In this document: positions 36,003 to 37,790 of the stretch, in pieces
How the letters are laid out: every line of letters starts with the position of its first letter
Position numbering within the stretch: position 1 is the first letter of the stretch
Virus record (IMG/VR): IMGVR_UViG_3300020045_015655
Coordinates: 1 to 37,790 of that record
Reading direction: 5' to 3' (one strand)
DNA: 37,790 bases
Source of the DNA: a virus
Lineage: Duplodnaviria > Caudoviricetes
Made by a program: the position numbers and the translations under genes
The notes under the pieces: model-generated
Database searches by the model: none
What the model was told of the DNA's origin: nothing
Seen by the model: the letters and a program-made list of their open reading frames with translations, nothing else

Positions 36003-36824
36003 ATGAGTAATATTACAACAACTAATAATAATGATTTATTAAAAATTGAGTCGGCTTTAATTTCAGGTGACTTAAAAGACCTTCGCGTTGAGCAACGGCT
36101 TTCTTATTATAAGCAAGTTTGTGAAAGCTTAAAGCTTAATCCTGTTACGAAGCCTTTTGATTATATTTGTTTCCAAGGAAAAGTTATTTTATACCCTAAC
36201 AAAAATTGTGCGGAGCAATTAAGAGCTAGAGATAATGTGACTATTAAAATTATATCAAAAGAAAAAATAGAAAACATTTTTTGCGTTACTGTTTCAGCCA
36301 AAAACTTAAAGACAGGTCGAGAAGACGAAGCTAGTGCATACTTGGATTTAGCCGGACTTACTGGTAATAATTTAGCTAATGCTCTGATGAAAACTGAAAC
36401 AAAGGCTAAACGAAGAGTTACCTTATCAATTTGTGGTCTTGGGATGACAGATGAAGCAGAATGGGAAGGCGTAGAAAATGCAATACCTGTATCTGTAGAT
36501 TTTGATGATAAAGATAAAATAGCTGAAAATGTTATTAATACAAAAGCTACAGAACAAAAAGAAGAAAAATCCAAATTTAAAAACGAAGCTCCAATTTCTA
36601 TAGCTGAAGGAAAGCGGATTAACGAATTAATTGAAGTTAAACAAATTAAAACATCTGATATTAAATCGACAGTTGAGCAATTATGGGGATTACAAGACCA
36701 TAAGCTTATGAAAATTTGGCAAGCCGAGGTAATTATAGAAATTCTGACACATTCTGGGAATAGAGATGATTTCGGTAAAAATGTAATGGTATATCAAGAA
36801 TCCAAACTAAACGATGTAAAATAA
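36003..36824 (+). CDS. RecT/Bet-like single-strand annealing protein
   Basis: VC..L.LNP..KPF, NALMK.ETKAKRR.TL...GLG..DE.E. Confidence 0.7.
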   Translation: MSNITTTNNNDLLKIESALISGDLKDLRVEQRLSYYKQVCESLKLNPVTKPFDYICFQGKVILYPNKNCAEQLRARDNVTIKIISKEKIENIFCVTVSAKNLKTGREDEASAYLDLAGLTGNNLANALMKTETKAKRRVTLSICGLGMTDEAEWEGVENAIPVSVDFDDKDKIAENVINTKATEQKEEKSKFKNEAPISIAEGKRINELIEVKQIKTSDIKSTVEQLWGLQDHKLMKIWQAEVIIEILTHSGNRDDFGKNVMVYQESKLNDVK

Positions 36825-36838
36825 TAAGGAGAATTAAA

Positions 36839-37111
36839 ATGGAACTTAAGAGTAAGTATAATTTAAATCAGTTAATAAAGTATGCAAGAAAAGAAATAAA
36901 AGAAGAGCCTACGATTGGAGAGATAACAGAAATACGATTTAATGGTCTAGGCATTATTTATATTGTTTGTGGGTATGCAGTAAGTGAAAACGAAGTTATC
37001 GCAAGCTTCTCGCAAGACAAAATTGAAGTTAAGAAGACTAGAACTAGAAAAAAGAAAACTGCTATAATAACTCAAGATGTTTACGAAGGGAAAAGCTTTG
37101 CAGACATTTAA
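36839..37111 (+). CDS. Hypothetical protein
   Basis: AAGGAG SD; SKYNLNQ...G.I.EI..YIV. Confidence 0.7.
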   Translation: MELKSKYNLNQLIKYARKEIKEEPTIGEITEIRFNGLGIIYIVCGYAVSENEVIASFSQDKIEVKKTRTRKKKTAIITQDVYEGKSFADI

Positions 37112-37149
37112 TTATTGACACCGAATTAAAACAATAAGGAGAAACGAAC

Positions 37150-37488
37150 GTGGATGAAATAACTATTAATGGTGAAACTTATATTAAGAAACAGAATAAG
37201 GATATTTATCCTTATGTTATAGTTCGCACTTATAGCGCAGGTGTTTTTGCAGGTAATATTAAATCTAGAAATGGGCAAGAAGTAGTATTACTTAATGCTC
37301 GACGTATTTGGCAATGGCAAGGGGCGGCTTCATTAAGCCAGCTCGCACAGGAAGGGACTTCAAAACCTGAATTATGTAAATTCCCATGCGAAGTAGAAAA
37401 AATAGAATTATTACAAGCTATAGAAATTTTAGATGTAACAAAAAAAGCTGAAACCATAATAAAGAGTGTTCCAATATGGCAACAATAA
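37150..37488 (+). CDS. DUF6948-like phage protein
   Basis: YVIVRTYSAGVFAG...NARRIW.W.GAASLSQLA.EG...CKFP; family name from recall. Confidence 0.7.
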   Translation: MDEITINGETYIKKQNKDIYPYVIVRTYSAGVFAGNIKSRNGQEVVLLNARRIWQWQGAASLSQLAQEGTSKPELCKFPCEVEKIELLQAIEILDVTKKAETIIKSVPIWQQ

Positions 37489-37727
37489 ACTTAGGTTACG
37501 GTGACGGTTACGGTGACGGTGACGGTTCCGGTGACGGTGACGGTTCCGGTTACGGTGACGGTTCCGGTGACGGTGACGGTTCCGGTTCCGGTTCCGGTGA
37601 CGGTTACGGTTCCGGTTACGGTGACGGTTCCGGTTCCGGTTCCGGTTCCGGTGACGGTTACGGTTCCGGTTCCGGTTACGGTTCCGGTTACGGTGACGGT
37701 TACGGTGACGGTGACGGTTCCGGTTAA
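37476..37727 (+). CDS. Gly-(Asp/Tyr/Ser) repeat protein
   Basis: MATINL followed by strict G-X repeats; ATG overlaps the upstream gene. Confidence 0.6.
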   Translation: MATINLGYGDGYGDGDGSGDGDGSGYGDGSGDGDGSGSGSGDGYGSGYGDGSGSGSGSGDGYGSGSGYGSGYGDGYGDGDGSG

Positions 37728-37790
37728 TTATTTACACTAAATTAAAATAATTAAAAGCTTGTTCGATGCTAATACTAAAAATATTTACAT
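37494..37790 (+). repeat. Hexamer array plus terminal overlap with the left end
   Basis: 37721-37790 aligns to 249-318 with 8 mismatches. Confidence 0.85.

Larger units (their letters stand above)
1..37790. mobile_element. Near-complete podovirus-like dsDNA phage genome, probably circularly permuted
   Basis: Terminase, portal, scaffold, capsid, adaptor, nozzle, ejection, lysis, replication and recombination genes are all present. The two ends overlap. No tape measure or integrase recognised. Confidence 0.92.

Noticed and set aside
37731-37790. Diverged second copy of the rusA promoter and start, or a true terminal repeat
   Set aside because: Scattered mismatches at the contig end fit noisy assembly overlap of a circular sequence.
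1-37790. Stop-codon reassignment, tRNAs, integrase/att sites
   Set aside because: The standard code gives dense full-length genes, the terL break is an insertion and not a single stop, and none of these features was recognisable.

Overview
This looks like an essentially complete, AT-rich, ~37.5 kb tailed-phage genome, with noisy overlapping ends (offset 37,472) inside a GGT-(GAC/TAC/TCC) microsatellite. It appears podovirus-like: P22-type portal, adaptor, nozzle and ejection proteins, and no tape measure. The + strand arm carries a lambda O-like initiator with internal iterons, DnaB helicase, Gp157, a RecT/Bet-like annealing protein, RusA, many small accessory ORFs, an HNH nuclease and two peptidoglycan hydrolases. 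The - strand arm carries packaging, head, tail and spanin genes. I recognised no integrase, DNA polymerase, tRNA or CRISPR array. The spanin-like lipoprotein suggests a diderm host. Main observations: (1) a transposase-less TnpB whose putative guide is a 17-nt relic of the ancestral 3' end of the adjacent adaptor gene, while the live gene end differs at the TAM and seed; (2) a large terminase split into ATPase and nuclease genes by two coupled genes; (3) a GT2-TPR-GT4 glycosyltransferase, a methyltransferase and a cytidylyltransferase beside Ser/Thr-rich virion proteins, suggesting virion glycosylation; (4) an IS66 Orf1/Orf2-like pair without transposase; (5) apparently leaderless genes and repeat-bounded gene cassettes. 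All family calls are by-eye motif recognition; no database searches were run.
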